Positions 9,672 to 18,689 of a stretch of 64,000 bases of DNA are shown here, piece after piece; the first letter of the stretch is position 1, and each line of letters opens with the position of its first letter. The notes beneath the pieces are model-generated. The model was not told the DNA's origin. It was given only the letters and a program-made list of their open reading frames with translations, and did not search any database. Position numbers and translations under genes: made by a program. The DNA is from Candidatus Latescibacterota bacterium. GTDB taxonomy: Bacteria > Latescibacterota > UBA2968 > UBA8231. The stretch is taken from NCBI GenBank assembly GCA_965242865.1, contig CBDETK010000013.1, forward strand, positions 4,288,001-4,352,000, given 5' to 3'.

Positions 9672-11764
9672 GTATGCGCTCGCAAGCGATATGGCACCCG
9701 GCCGCGCGGGCCGTGTACATCCGCCTCAAATTCCACCTGACCAGCGCAGCAGTCAAAGGGCTGCTGCGCTGTGCTGCGAGTGGCCCGTACGAGGTGTATT
9801 TGAACGGCGAGTGCGTGGGCCGGGGCTTGGGGCCGGCCGTGGCCGAAGTGCCCGCGTGGGAGCGGTTCGCGCTGGAGGCCGCGCTGCAAGAGGGCGAAAA
9901 CGTGCTCTTAGTCTTTGCCATTGGCCACGGCGCAGCCGACTGGTTTTGTGCCGAGGGAAAAATCGAGCGCAGCGATGGGGCCGAGCAGGTGCTATACACG
10001 GGCGCGCCGTGGCAGGTGCAGCCGGCCCATGCTTGGCAAGGCCCGGCCGGCTACGTAGCCGCGTTGGAGCCGCCCGAGTGGCCCAAGGGGCAGTTTGCGG
10101 GATGGCGGGAAGCGGCCGTGGTGGCCGGCGTCGAGCCGAGGGATTGGTCGCCGTTGCCGGCCGAGGAAAGCATGGCGTCGGCGCGGGAAGTGGTGGCTTT
10201 TGGCGAGGTCGCCAGCGAGGAGACGCTCGAATGGATGGCGCACCCCGCCCCCATGCAGACCGCCAAGTGCGTGCGGCGGGAAGCGTTGCTGACCCCCGGT
10301 AAAACCCAGTGTTTGGTCCAGGCAACCGATCCCGCCCGAGCCGCGTATTTGATTTTGGACTTTGGGCGGCGGCTGCGCGGCTTCCCCCGGCTGCGGCTGC
10401 GGGGCCGATCTAGTGCGGTACTGGACCTAGGGTTTGCGCGGGCGTCGGGCGCGGTGGAAGCGCGCCTGCGCTACGAGTGCCGCGACGGGTTACAGGAGTG
10501 GACCGCGCCGCACTTGGCGACATGCCGCTACCTAGTGGTGCGAATCGGACCGTGCCCCGCCGAGGTAGAAATAGACAGCATCTTGCTGGTGGAGCGGCGC
10601 GTAGCGGTCGCGGGGCGCGGGTCCTTTATCACCGCAGACCAAGACTGGGAGCGGCTGTGGCGGACCGGCGAGCAAACCGTAGCCGCTAGCCGGCAAGAGG
10701 GGTACGCGCTCGGGGAAGACCGGATCCGCTGGGACCACTTCTACGTGTGGGCACTGAACGATTTGTCCACGACCGGCTGCGTGGATACCGCACGCGCCGT
10801 GCTGGCTGGCAGCAAAGCACCGCTTGGCGGGGAACAAGCCTGTTTCCACGCCCTGTTCGCCGAGTTGGCACAGCGGCACACCGGCGACCGAGCGGCTGCG
10901 GTCGCCAGCCTAGTGAGCGGCTTGCAAGCGGCCGAGGCCGCCCCGGCGACCGCTGCGACCGCGTTGCGCGCCGGGGCTTGGCAAGCGGTCGCCGCCTTGT
11001 GCCGGCGCACGGGCGACCGCCAGCGAGCCGCCCAATGCTTGCGTGCCTATCGCCGGGCGCGCCGGGGCTTGCAAGCCGCTTGGAGCGAGGAGCAGGGGCT
11101 TTTTGCCGAGGCTGCTGGGGCCGATGATTGCAGCCGCTGGGCGAATGCCTTGGTGCTCTACTTTGCTTTGGCCAACCCCAGCCAGCAGGTGCGGGTGGCG
11201 CAGCACCTCGCCGATGGCTCGGCGGACGAAGACGATTTGTGGCAGGCGTTTTTTATCGCCGGGGCGCTGTGGCGAGCGGATGCCGACGAGGCCGCCTTAG
11301 CGTACGTCCAGAGAAAGTGGGGCCGCTTGCTGGCGCGTCCGGGCCAGACGTGGGGCGAGAAGGCCGGCTCGTTGGCCGCGCAACCCGGGCCGGAGAGCTT
11401 GCTGGCGGCGCACGTGCTAGGGGTTGAGTCTAAGGCCGAGGGGATTTTGGCGATTCGCCCACAGTTGTCCGGGCTCGAACGCGCCGAAGGCGTCGTGCCC
11501 ACGCTATACGGCGATGTCGAGATCGCGTGGGGGGCATACAGCGGCGGCTTTTCCGCGCGCCTTGCCGTTCCGCACGACGGCCAAACGCACCTTGCCGTAC
11601 CCCGCTGCGGCAAGCGCTTCCCCCAAATCGAAATCAACGGCGAGACAGTGTGGCGCAATGAAAAGGTCCACCCCAACTTCCACGTGCAGAAACTAATCAG
11701 CCAAGCGGAGCGGGTGGTGATGGTATTGCGGCGGGCCGGCCGGTACGAAGTCTCGGTGGCGTAG
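9668..11764 (+). CDS. Alpha-L-rhamnosidase (GH78)-like protein, divergent
   Basis: N-terminal YEVYLNGE..G, ILDFGR..G.PRL, helical core, C-terminal IRPQLSGL..AEGVVPT.YG.VEIAW; catalytic motifs not recognisable. Confidence 0.65.
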   Translation: MSMRSQAIWHPAARAVYIRLKFHLTSAAVKGLLRCAASGPYEVYLNGECVGRGLGPAVAEVPAWERFALEAALQEGENVLLVFAIGHGAADWFCAEGKIERSDGAEQVLYTGAPWQVQPAHAWQGPAGYVAALEPPEWPKGQFAGWREAAVVAGVEPRDWSPLPAEESMASAREVVAFGEVASEETLEWMAHPAPMQTAKCVRREALLTPGKTQCLVQATDPARAAYLILDFGRRLRGFPRLRLRGRSSAVLDLGFARASGAVEARLRYECRDGLQEWTAPHLATCRYLVVRIGPCPAEVEIDSILLVERRVAVAGRGSFITADQDWERLWRTGEQTVAASRQEGYALGEDRIRWDHFYVWALNDLSTTGCVDTARAVLAGSKAPLGGEQACFHALFAELAQRHTGDRAAAVASLVSGLQAAEAAPATAATALRAGAWQAVAALCRRTGDRQRAAQCLRAYRRARRGLQAAWSEEQGLFAEAAGADDCSRWANALVLYFALANPSQQVRVAQHLADGSADEDDLWQAFFIAGALWRADADEAALAYVQRKWGRLLARPGQTWGEKAGSLAAQPGPESLLAAHVLGVESKAEGILAIRPQLSGLERAEGVVPTLYGDVEIAWGAYSGGFSARLAVPHDGQTHLAVPRCGKRFPQIEINGETVWRNEKVHPNFHVQKLISQAERVVMVLRRAGRYEVSVA

Positions 11765-11791
11765 CTGCTATCCTATACAATAATTTGCATA

Positions 11792-11826
11792 TTGACACGG
11801 TAATATAGTATAAATATGTTCAGTAT
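11792..11826 (+). promoter_or_regulatory. Sigma70-like promoter/operator of Panacea cassette 1
   Basis: TTGACA-N17-TATGTT; aligns without gaps to 15912-15946. Confidence 0.6.
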
Positions 11827-11859
11827 TGTAGTCCGTTGCTTTGCATAGGGAGAAAGAAT

Positions 11860-12360
11860 ATGGGATACCCAGCAAAAGCTATCGCCAACTATTTTCTGGA
11901 ACTAGCCGCCAAAGAGGGTGAGAAGATCACACCCCTCAAGATGCAAAAGCTAGTCTATATCGCTCACGGCTGGTATCTGGCTCTCTACGACGACCCCTTG
12001 GTTGACGACGAGTGTGCAGAAGCGTGGGAGTATGGTCCTGTTTTCCCCTCAATCTATCACGAGTTCAAGCATTTTGGCGGAGATCCCATCGCGGAACTAG
12101 CTGTTGATCTAGATTACAATGAGCTCTCAGAGGAATGGGAGGCCTGGAAGCCTCGCATTGACGGTAGAGACAAAAACACGCGGGCTTTCCTCAACCATAT
12201 CTGGAAACTGTACAAAGGTTTCACTGGAGGCCAATTATCTGCTTTAACCCATGAAGGAGGAACGCCTTGGGAGAAAACACGCAACGAAAAGGGGCGAATA
12301 AGAAACGCCCATATCGAGAATCAGGATATACAAGAATACTATAAAGGTCGTCTCAAATGA
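11860..12360 (+). CDS. Panacea-domain (DUF4065/SocA/GepA-like) antitoxin
   Basis: AIANYFL, ITPLKMQKLVYIAHGW, EAWEYGPV, LSALTH..GTPW. Confidence 0.9.
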   Translation: MGYPAKAIANYFLELAAKEGEKITPLKMQKLVYIAHGWYLALYDDPLVDDECAEAWEYGPVFPSIYHEFKHFGGDPIAELAVDLDYNELSEEWEAWKPRIDGRDKNTRAFLNHIWKLYKGFTGGQLSALTHEGGTPWEKTRNEKGRIRNAHIENQDIQEYYKGRLK

Positions 12361-12692
12361 CCATCGAGAATACAGAGGACTTCAAGCGAATCCCTACTGA
12401 AGACCCTTCAGAGGCCATGACACCCGAAGAATCTTTGCTTCGCCATGAGCGCCAGACACAGGCTCAAAACATAGGACGACTTGGTAAAATTTTCGGAAAC
12501 AAAGAGAATGCTCAAGGCTATCTCATTACAATTTTACTCCTAGCCTTTCTCATTCTATTGGCTGGACTAGCATACGTGGAATCTAGTATCCGAGCGGATC
12601 TAGCCAAAGGTCTTTTTACCCTCATGGCCTCTCTTGTAGGATACTTCGGGGGCAAAGCGGGCAGCAAAAATGGCGAGGCGTCCAAACCTTAA
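12357..12692 (+). CDS. Two-TM membrane protein, putative toxin partner of Panacea antitoxin 1
   Basis: ATGA overlap with the antitoxin; two hydrophobic segments (YLITILLLAFLILLAGLAYV; GLFTLMASLVGYFGG). Confidence 0.65.
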   Translation: MTIENTEDFKRIPTEDPSEAMTPEESLLRHERQTQAQNIGRLGKIFGNKENAQGYLITILLLAFLILLAGLAYVESSIRADLAKGLFTLMASLVGYFGGKAGSKNGEASKP

Positions 12693-12748
12693 ACACCCAT
12701 CCTCGATTTAACCCAAATACAAAAAGCGCAAAGTCTCCGCTAAAAATT

Positions 12749-13858
12749 TCAAGCGAGCAGGGACTCGACCCGCGCTGGCGTGAGCCGGTGGCCGAAAAGC
12801 GGCTGCGAGCGGGTGGAGGTTGAGCGCTGCCAAGTGGCAAAGAGCCCTCCGTCCGCTTCTGTTAGTACGGATGCGTAGCGCGAGCAGCCGGTCCCTTCCG
12901 GCGAGACGAAGAGCGGCTGGAGGCGGCTGAGGCGGTACAGGCGCGGAAACTGGCGATCGAAGCCATAAGCCAAGCCGCCCAATTCCTCGCAGGAGTACCC
13001 GCGCGGCCGGACGACCCCCCTGGCATGCGCTTTGAGCGGGCGCATAGACTCGGCCCCGTCGTAGAAATAGAGCGAGAGCGAGGGCAAACGAGCGAATGCG
13101 CCCACTTTGGGCACGGGCAGCCGGCAGGTGACGCGCACGGCCGCCACATCCCAAGTGGAGCCGCGGGGAAAGAAGTCGTGGTCGTGGCTTTCGCACGAAT
13201 GCGCCGCGAGGACGCCGCGGCCCGAAGTGCTCGCCGACCAAGTGCATGGGTGGGCGCAATACAGCAGCAGGGGTTGCCGACCCATCCCGGCCGAAAGGTT
13301 GGGGTCTTTGAGGTGTAGATAGGCGGGGTCATCGCTGGTCAGCAGCGGGGCAATCGACTGCTGTGGATCGAGCCGGTCGATGGAGGGGGCAGAGAAAGCG
13401 TCAATGCTCCAGACGCCGGTGCCCGGCTTCTGAAAAGCAGCGACGGGCCGAGGGTAAAGGCGAACTTTTTCAGTGGAGACCAGCACTTGAACGCGGCGTT
13501 TGGTGAGGCGCAGCGCACTGCCTTCAATGCTGAGCACGGCCGACTTGCAGTAGAGATCGGATTTGTCCCAAGTGCGAACCTCAGCAAAGCTCCGGCCGTG
13601 GTCCGTCGAGCGCAAAATGGCTAGGGCGCGGCCTCGGGGACCCGCGCTTAGCCCGGTGCGGCTGTCGCCGGCGTCGCGGTAGCGGCCAATGAGCCAGAGG
13701 CTGCCATCGTTGGGATCGCGCACCGAGTTGCCGCCGCCAAACCAGAAGCCATCGCGGTCCTTGGTCGGCTCGACGATGCGTCGGCCGCGCTTTTGGTTGA
13801 TGAGCTGAGTGCCGAGCCGGATGAGTTTGCGTTCGAGCGCGAGGGGTAGCTTGTCCAT
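12749..13858 (-). CDS. Hypothetical Asp-box (BNR) beta-propeller/sialidase-like protein
   Basis: Asp-box-like LRSTDHGRSF; long ORF preceded by a TTGACA-N17-CATACT-like promoter. Confidence 0.55.
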   Translation of the reverse strand: MDKLPLALERKLIRLGTQLINQKRGRRIVEPTKDRDGFWFGGGNSVRDPNDGSLWLIGRYRDAGDSRTGLSAGPRGRALAILRSTDHGRSFAEVRTWDKSDLYCKSAVLSIEGSALRLTKRRVQVLVSTEKVRLYPRPVAAFQKPGTGVWSIDAFSAPSIDRLDPQQSIAPLLTSDDPAYLHLKDPNLSAGMGRQPLLLYCAHPCTWSASTSGRGVLAAHSCESHDHDFFPRGSTWDVAAVRVTCRLPVPKVGAFARLPSLSLYFYDGAESMRPLKAHARGVVRPRGYSCEELGGLAYGFDRQFPRLYRLSRLQPLFVSPEGTGCSRYASVLTEADGGLFATWQRSTSTRSQPLFGHRLTPARVESLLA

Positions 13859-13921
13859 AGCAGAGCCGCGCTAAGTATGACGAAAAAGCCTCCGAACTGT
13901 CAAGCAAATGACCCATTGCCG

Positions 13922-14938
13922 TCAGGCATCCCAGCCGGCCAGTTCTTGGCGGGCGATGGCTGCCATGGCGTCGAGCCAAGCCGGGTGGTCGTTGAGGCAG
14001 GGCACTAAGTGAAACTGTTGGCCGCGCCCGCGGGAAAACAGCTCGGCCCCTTCGCGGCCAATTTCGTCGAGCGTCTCGAGACAGTCGGCGGTAAAGCCGG
14101 GGCAAACGGCGACTAAGCGACGCACGCCCTGCCCCCCGAGGCGCGCCAGCACGTCCTCGGTGTAAGGCTCTAGCCAAGGCTCTTTGCCAAAGCGCGATTG
14201 GAAGCCGTTGGTCCACTCGTCGTCCGCAAGGCCCAGGGCTGCGGCGAGCAGCCGCGCGGTTTCCTCGCATTGGCGGCGGTAGGGATCGCCTTCGGCGACG
14301 TAGCGCTGGGGAATGCCGTGGAAGGTGATTAGGTAGCGGTCGGGGGTCCAATGGAGGCGAGCGACCGCTTCGGCCACCGACTGCTTGAGCGCGTTGATGT
14401 ACGCGGGATGGGCTGCGTAGGGCGGGACGAAGCGCAGGGCCGGCATCTGGCGTTTGCGGTCAAAAAACCAAGGACAGCGCCGGCCCAAGGCCGCGCGGTT
14501 GACCGCGTCGTAGATCGAGCCGGAGGTGGCGCAGGAAAACTGCGGGTACATGGGAAAGACGAGGACGCGCTCGACGCCTTCCTCCTCTAGGGACTGGACC
14601 GCACGGGCAATGCTCGGCTCGCCGTAGCGCATGCCGAGCACGACCCGGTAGGCCGCGCCCAACCGCTCTTGCAAGCCGCGGGTCTGCGCTTGGGAATGGA
14701 CCAAGAGCGGCGAGCCTTCGTCGGTCCAGATATTGGCGTACAGGGCGGCCGAGCGTGCGGGGCGGCGGGTGAGGACCAAGAGATAGAGAATGGGATACCA
14801 CTTGAGCGGGTGGAGGTCGATGACGCGCGGGTCCGAGAGAAATTGGCGCAGATAGGGCCGCAGGGCGCGGGCGGTGGGTGCTTGCGGCGTGCCGAGCTGG
14901 GCGACGAGGACGCCAATTTTGGCTGCACTAGCGGGCAT
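13922..14938 (-). CDS. hemH: Ferrochelatase
   Basis: QLGTP, YLRQFLSDPRV, GMRYGEP, TFHGIP, FQSRFG.EPWLEPYT, DCLETL.EI; start at ATG 14938. Confidence 0.96.
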   Translation of the reverse strand: MPASAAKIGVLVAQLGTPQAPTARALRPYLRQFLSDPRVIDLHPLKWYPILYLLVLTRRPARSAALYANIWTDEGSPLLVHSQAQTRGLQERLGAAYRVVLGMRYGEPSIARAVQSLEEEGVERVLVFPMYPQFSCATSGSIYDAVNRAALGRRCPWFFDRKRQMPALRFVPPYAAHPAYINALKQSVAEAVARLHWTPDRYLITFHGIPQRYVAEGDPYRRQCEETARLLAAALGLADDEWTNGFQSRFGKEPWLEPYTEDVLARLGGQGVRRLVAVCPGFTADCLETLDEIGREGAELFSRGRGQQFHLVPCLNDHPAWLDAMAAIARQELAGWDA

Positions 14939-15026
14939 AAGCGGACGGTTGCTGGAGGGTGAGCGGCGACTTACCTTTGACAATAATTCTAGAACGCCAT
15001 CTTGAAAAGCCCGGAGGGAGAATAGA

Positions 15027-15743
15027 ATGCGTAGCATTTTCGCAGGCATTGAATACGCGGGGAAAAGTACGCTGGCCACCATGCTCGGGGAGTACTATCG
15101 GCACCGCCGCGTCCCCATCCACACCGACGATCACTTCACCATCCCCGATGCGTCGCTCAGCCCGGCGTCGCGCGCGCTCATGCTCGACCTACCCGACGAC
15201 ATGAAGGAGCGCGGGCAGCGGATGCAAATCCACTACCACGTAGAAATCATCAAAAAGTACGCCTGTCCGCTGATCGTGGGCTGGCACTTAGAGGAAGCCG
15301 TGTACACGCGCTTTTACGGCGACGACCCAGACAGCTTTTACTACCCGAACTTCCACTACGGCTTCCAGCGGCTCTATGAATCGCTGGTGCTAGAGGCCCA
15401 CCTGCCCGATGTGGTGCTATTCCACGTAACGGCCTCGGACGAGGAGATCGCCCGGCGGATGCAGGACAGCCCGCACGAATATCCGGTCGTGCGCCCCGAA
15501 CACATCGCCGAGGTCAAAGCGCATTTTGAAGCGGAGATCGCCGCGTCCCTGTTTACCCACCAAAACCGCACGGTCGTCTTAGACACCACCGGCAAGACGC
15601 CCGCGGAGTCGTTTGACGAGCTGTTGTTGGCGTCCGAGCCGCTGGTGACGATGGGCGAATTGGCCGTGCGCGCCATGGCAGTGCCGGAGGGCGAGTACGA
15701 AGTGGTGTACGAGCGCGGCGTCCGCAAGACGGTGCCCAAGTAG
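15027..15743 (+). CDS. P-loop nucleotide-kinase-like protein (thymidylate kinase-like fold)
   Basis: N-terminal IFAGIEYAGKSTL Walker A; RBS GGAGGGAG; substrate unknown. Confidence 0.65.
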   Translation: MRSIFAGIEYAGKSTLATMLGEYYRHRRVPIHTDDHFTIPDASLSPASRALMLDLPDDMKERGQRMQIHYHVEIIKKYACPLIVGWHLEEAVYTRFYGDDPDSFYYPNFHYGFQRLYESLVLEAHLPDVVLFHVTASDEEIARRMQDSPHEYPVVRPEHIAEVKAHFEAEIAASLFTHQNRTVVLDTTGKTPAESFDELLLASEPLVTMGELAVRAMAVPEGEYEVVYERGVRKTVPK

Positions 15744-15911
15744 CAGACTCCGCAGAAACTTTTTTGTGTTATCGGTCGTTGTACTTGGCCCATGGCTAGC
15801 GATTCGTACAATACCTTTAGATAAGATACTGATTGCTCGCCTCGCGTTATTTTTTATTTGAAGTTGAAGAGTCAAGAATTTTTCTAGCAAGTTAATTGCC
15901 TATTATTTTTC

Positions 15912-15946
15912 TTGACGCGGTGAAAGAGTGTACAGATGTTCAGTAT
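15912..15946 (+). promoter_or_regulatory. Promoter/operator of Panacea cassette 2
   Basis: TTGACG-N17-GATGTTCAGTAT; ungapped match to 11792-11826. Confidence 0.55.
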
Positions 15947-15971
15947 AACCCTCTAACCGATTGGCTGCATT

Positions 15972-16502
15972 ATGTATCCCTCTCTAGCAGTTGCTAATTA
16001 TTTCATTGATCTTGCTGAAAGAGATAATGAGCAAATAACGCCCATGAAGATGCAAAAATTGGTGTTCTTTGCTCATGGATGGCATCTTGCTTTTTATAAT
16101 GAACCTCTTATAAGGGAATACGTAGAGGCATGGACGTGGGGACCCGTTATTAGAGAACTGTACTTTGAGTTTCGCTGTTTTGGAAAAAGCCCAATTACGA
16201 AGAAAGGGATCACTTTCCAAGTCTCTGATTTCCTAGTCTTGGATTTTGAAACTCCGGAAATCGAGGATAAAGATGAAAAAGCCAAAGATACGATTAATGC
16301 CGTTTGGGAAGCTTATGGAAAGTACGATGGTTTAACTCTTGCAAATATGACACATGTAGAAGGAACTCCTTGGAAAGAGGTATGGGATAGCTTAGAAGAG
16401 CATGAGAAAGAGGGGATAGGCCCTAAATCCGTTGTGATAGACAATAAGATCATTAGAGATTACTTCTGTTCTCTTTTACAGAAGAGTCAAGGTACGGAAT
16501 AA
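15972..16502 (+). CDS. Second Panacea-domain (DUF4065) antitoxin
   Basis: AVANYFI, ITPMKMQKLVFFAHGW, EAWTWGPV, LANMTH.EGTPW; AT-rich. Confidence 0.9.
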   Translation: MYPSLAVANYFIDLAERDNEQITPMKMQKLVFFAHGWHLAFYNEPLIREYVEAWTWGPVIRELYFEFRCFGKSPITKKGITFQVSDFLVLDFETPEIEDKDEKAKDTINAVWEAYGKYDGLTLANMTHVEGTPWKEVWDSLEEHEKEGIGPKSVVIDNKIIRDYFCSLLQKSQGTE

Positions 16503-16951
16503 TGTCCTCTTCTAATAAAGCTGATCTTATACAGCAGTCGGTAGCTACATCGTCTCAAGAATCACATCACGAGGTTGATTCGAGCCTATATAATCAAGAA
16601 TTAAGCTTCCTCGACTTTCCCATGCCAGATCGGGCTATTGAAAAAATCGCCCTCCTTCAATTCAAACAAGACCTTGACGAACGGAAAAATTATGCAAAAA
16701 AAACATATCGACTTATCACTTATTCTCTACTTTTTATTCTTTTTATAACTTGTATGCACGGTTTTTCTCATTGGACTACATTTAAGGCATCTGATAATAT
16801 TTTATTGGCTTTAATTGGAGGCGTAACTGTAAACATATTGGGAACTTACTTCATTATCTTGAAGAATTTGTTCCCTCAATATCAAATCAAGGACTCCCTA
16901 ACCAAAGACTCTCTAAAGAAAATAATTGACGCCGCCTCTAGCTTGAAATAG
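16502..16951 (+). CDS. Two-TM membrane protein, putative toxin partner of Panacea antitoxin 2
   Basis: TAATG overlap; QDLDERKNYA helix followed by two hydrophobic segments ending KNLFP; very AT-rich. Confidence 0.65.
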   Translation: MSSSNKADLIQQSVATSSQESHHEVDSSLYNQELSFLDFPMPDRAIEKIALLQFKQDLDERKNYAKKTYRLITYSLLFILFITCMHGFSHWTTFKASDNILLALIGGVTVNILGTYFIILKNLFPQYQIKDSLTKDSLKKIIDAASSLK

Positions 16952-16979
16952 CGTCATTACCTCTATATAAATTTTACCT

Positions 16980-17333
16980 ATGAAAACCCTGCGTCCCGCA
17001 ACCACGTCTTTAGCCCTGCTGCTGGTCCTCGCCAGTAGCGGCGTACAGGTTTTCTGCGCTCCGGTCGCCGAGGCCGCGCCCATGGCCTGCCACGTCGCCA
17101 ATGCCTGCGGCGACGTGGGCCTGCAAGCAGGTTGTTGCTGTCTGCGCTCAGAAAATAGCGCGTCCCCTCAGTTCGTCCCCTTAGCCGAGCCGCCCTCGGT
17201 CCCCATGCCCTCGGGCGGCATGGCCGCGGCCGCTCCTGTGCTGCCTCGGTCGTCTGCGCTGGAGGTGCGGCCCAACCGCATTGCCCAGCCGCACCCCCCG
17301 CTCTTCCAGCTCTACTGTTCCTTCCTGATCTGA
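16980..17333 (+). CDS. Cys/Pro-rich exported leader protein upstream of the metal efflux operon (CutF/CruR-like, inferred)
   Basis: Signal-like N-terminus, CHVANAC and CCC, C-terminal QPHPPLFQLYCSFLI; TTGAAA-N17-TATAAA ends 8 nt before the ATG (near-leaderless). Confidence 0.7.
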   Translation: MKTLRPATTSLALLLVLASSGVQVFCAPVAEAAPMACHVANACGDVGLQAGCCCLRSENSASPQFVPLAEPPSVPMPSGGMAAAAPVLPRSSALEVRPNRIAQPHPPLFQLYCSFLI

Positions 17334-17416
17334 TCCTCGCCGCCCCGATTTCAGTCTCACACTCCACTCAATTTGCCGGGGCCGGTGCGCCAAGCTCGGC
17401 CCCCGTGCGGCGAGGA
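17334..17416 (+). promoter_or_regulatory. RBS-sequestering stem between leader ORF and cusC
   Basis: TCCTCGCCGC (17334-17343) is the exact reverse complement of GCGGCGAGGA (17407-17416), which covers most of the GAGGAG RBS; inner hairpin GGGGCCG/CGGCCCC. Confidence 0.65.
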
Positions 17417-17423
17417 GTATTGC

Positions 17424-18689
17424 ATGTCTAAAAATAGAACGGCCCTGCTGCTAGTCGGTCTGCTCGCAGGCCCGGTTTGGTCGCAGGAAGAAGCAGTGCT
17501 CGACCCCCGAGCCGAGCTCGCGGAGTACACGCGCTACGCCGAGCAGCACAACCCCCAGCTCAAGCAGGCTTTGGCGCGCTACAAAGCCGCCCTCGCAAAG
17601 GTGGCCCCGGCCAGTGCTTGGGCCGACCCGCGCCTGAGCTACGGCTATTTCGTGCGCCCGGTGGAGACGCGCACCGGCCCGCAAGAAATGCGCGTTAGCG
17701 CGGCGCAAACCTTCCCTTGGAAGGGCACGTTGGACCTCCAAGGGCAGATCGCCCAGCGAGAAGCCGAAGTTGAGGCCCACCGCTACGAGGCTGCGCGGCG
17801 GTCGCTGGTCTTTGAGGTCCAGGCCGCGTACTACGATTGCTACTTTTTGGCGCGCGCCATCGCCGTCACCGGGGGCAATGTGCGCCTGTTGTCTCACCTG
17901 GAAGAAGTGGGCCGCACCCGCTATCGCGGCGGCACCGGGGACCACGCGGCCGTGCTCAAGGCCCAGGTGGAATTGGGCCGCTTAGAAGATCAGCTCCGCA
18001 GCCTGCGTCAGCAGCAGCGTCCGACCTCGGCTCGGTTAAATGCGGCCCTCGGCCGCCGGGCGACCGCCCCAATAGCCGTGCCCGACTCGCTGCCCAAGGC
18101 CGCGTTGGAGCTAGACGAGGAGGTCCTAAAGGGCCGCTTGCGGTCCGCAAACCCAACGCTGCAAGTGCTGCAAGCACAAGCGCGGGCGCAGTCCCTCGGC
18201 GTCGAATTGGCCGGCAAGCGGTTCTACCCGGACCTAACGGTGAGTCTCGATTACATCCACATCGGAGCGGGCGGCGCGAACCCCCTGATGGCCATGGCGA
18301 CCGTCAACCTGCCCTTGTGGCGCTCGTCCTACAAAGCGAAAAAACGTGCGGCCAAGCTGAGCCATCAGGCCGCCTTGCAGGGCGTTGCAGACGCGGAAAA
18401 CAGGCTCATTGCCGAGCTGGAGTTGGCCCTGTATAAACAGCGCGACGCCCAAAGCCGCCGGGCACTCTACCGCGACAGCCTGCTGCCCAAGGCCGAACAG
18501 ATGCTCAACGTGACTCAACGCGCCTTTGCCGCGGACCGCAGCGATTTTTTAGCGGTCATCGACGCCCAACGCACCCTGCTAGCGTTCCAGCTAGCGTACG
18601 AACGCGCACACACCGACCAAGCCCTGCATTGGGCCGCGCTCGAAAAGCTGGTCGGCGCACTGGCAACCACAGAGGAAATCCACCCATGA
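17424..18689 (+). CDS. TolC-family outer-membrane factor of a heavy-metal RND system (CusC-like)
   Basis: Signal peptide, HNPQL, QTFPWKG, YPDL.V, NLPLW helical repeats; first gene of the CBA operon. Confidence 0.9.
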   Translation: MSKNRTALLLVGLLAGPVWSQEEAVLDPRAELAEYTRYAEQHNPQLKQALARYKAALAKVAPASAWADPRLSYGYFVRPVETRTGPQEMRVSAAQTFPWKGTLDLQGQIAQREAEVEAHRYEAARRSLVFEVQAAYYDCYFLARAIAVTGGNVRLLSHLEEVGRTRYRGGTGDHAAVLKAQVELGRLEDQLRSLRQQQRPTSARLNAALGRRATAPIAVPDSLPKAALELDEEVLKGRLRSANPTLQVLQAQARAQSLGVELAGKRFYPDLTVSLDYIHIGAGGANPLMAMATVNLPLWRSSYKAKKRAAKLSHQAALQGVADAENRLIAELELALYKQRDAQSRRALYRDSLLPKAEQMLNVTQRAFAADRSDFLAVIDAQRTLLAFQLAYERAHTDQALHWAALEKLVGALATTEEIHP

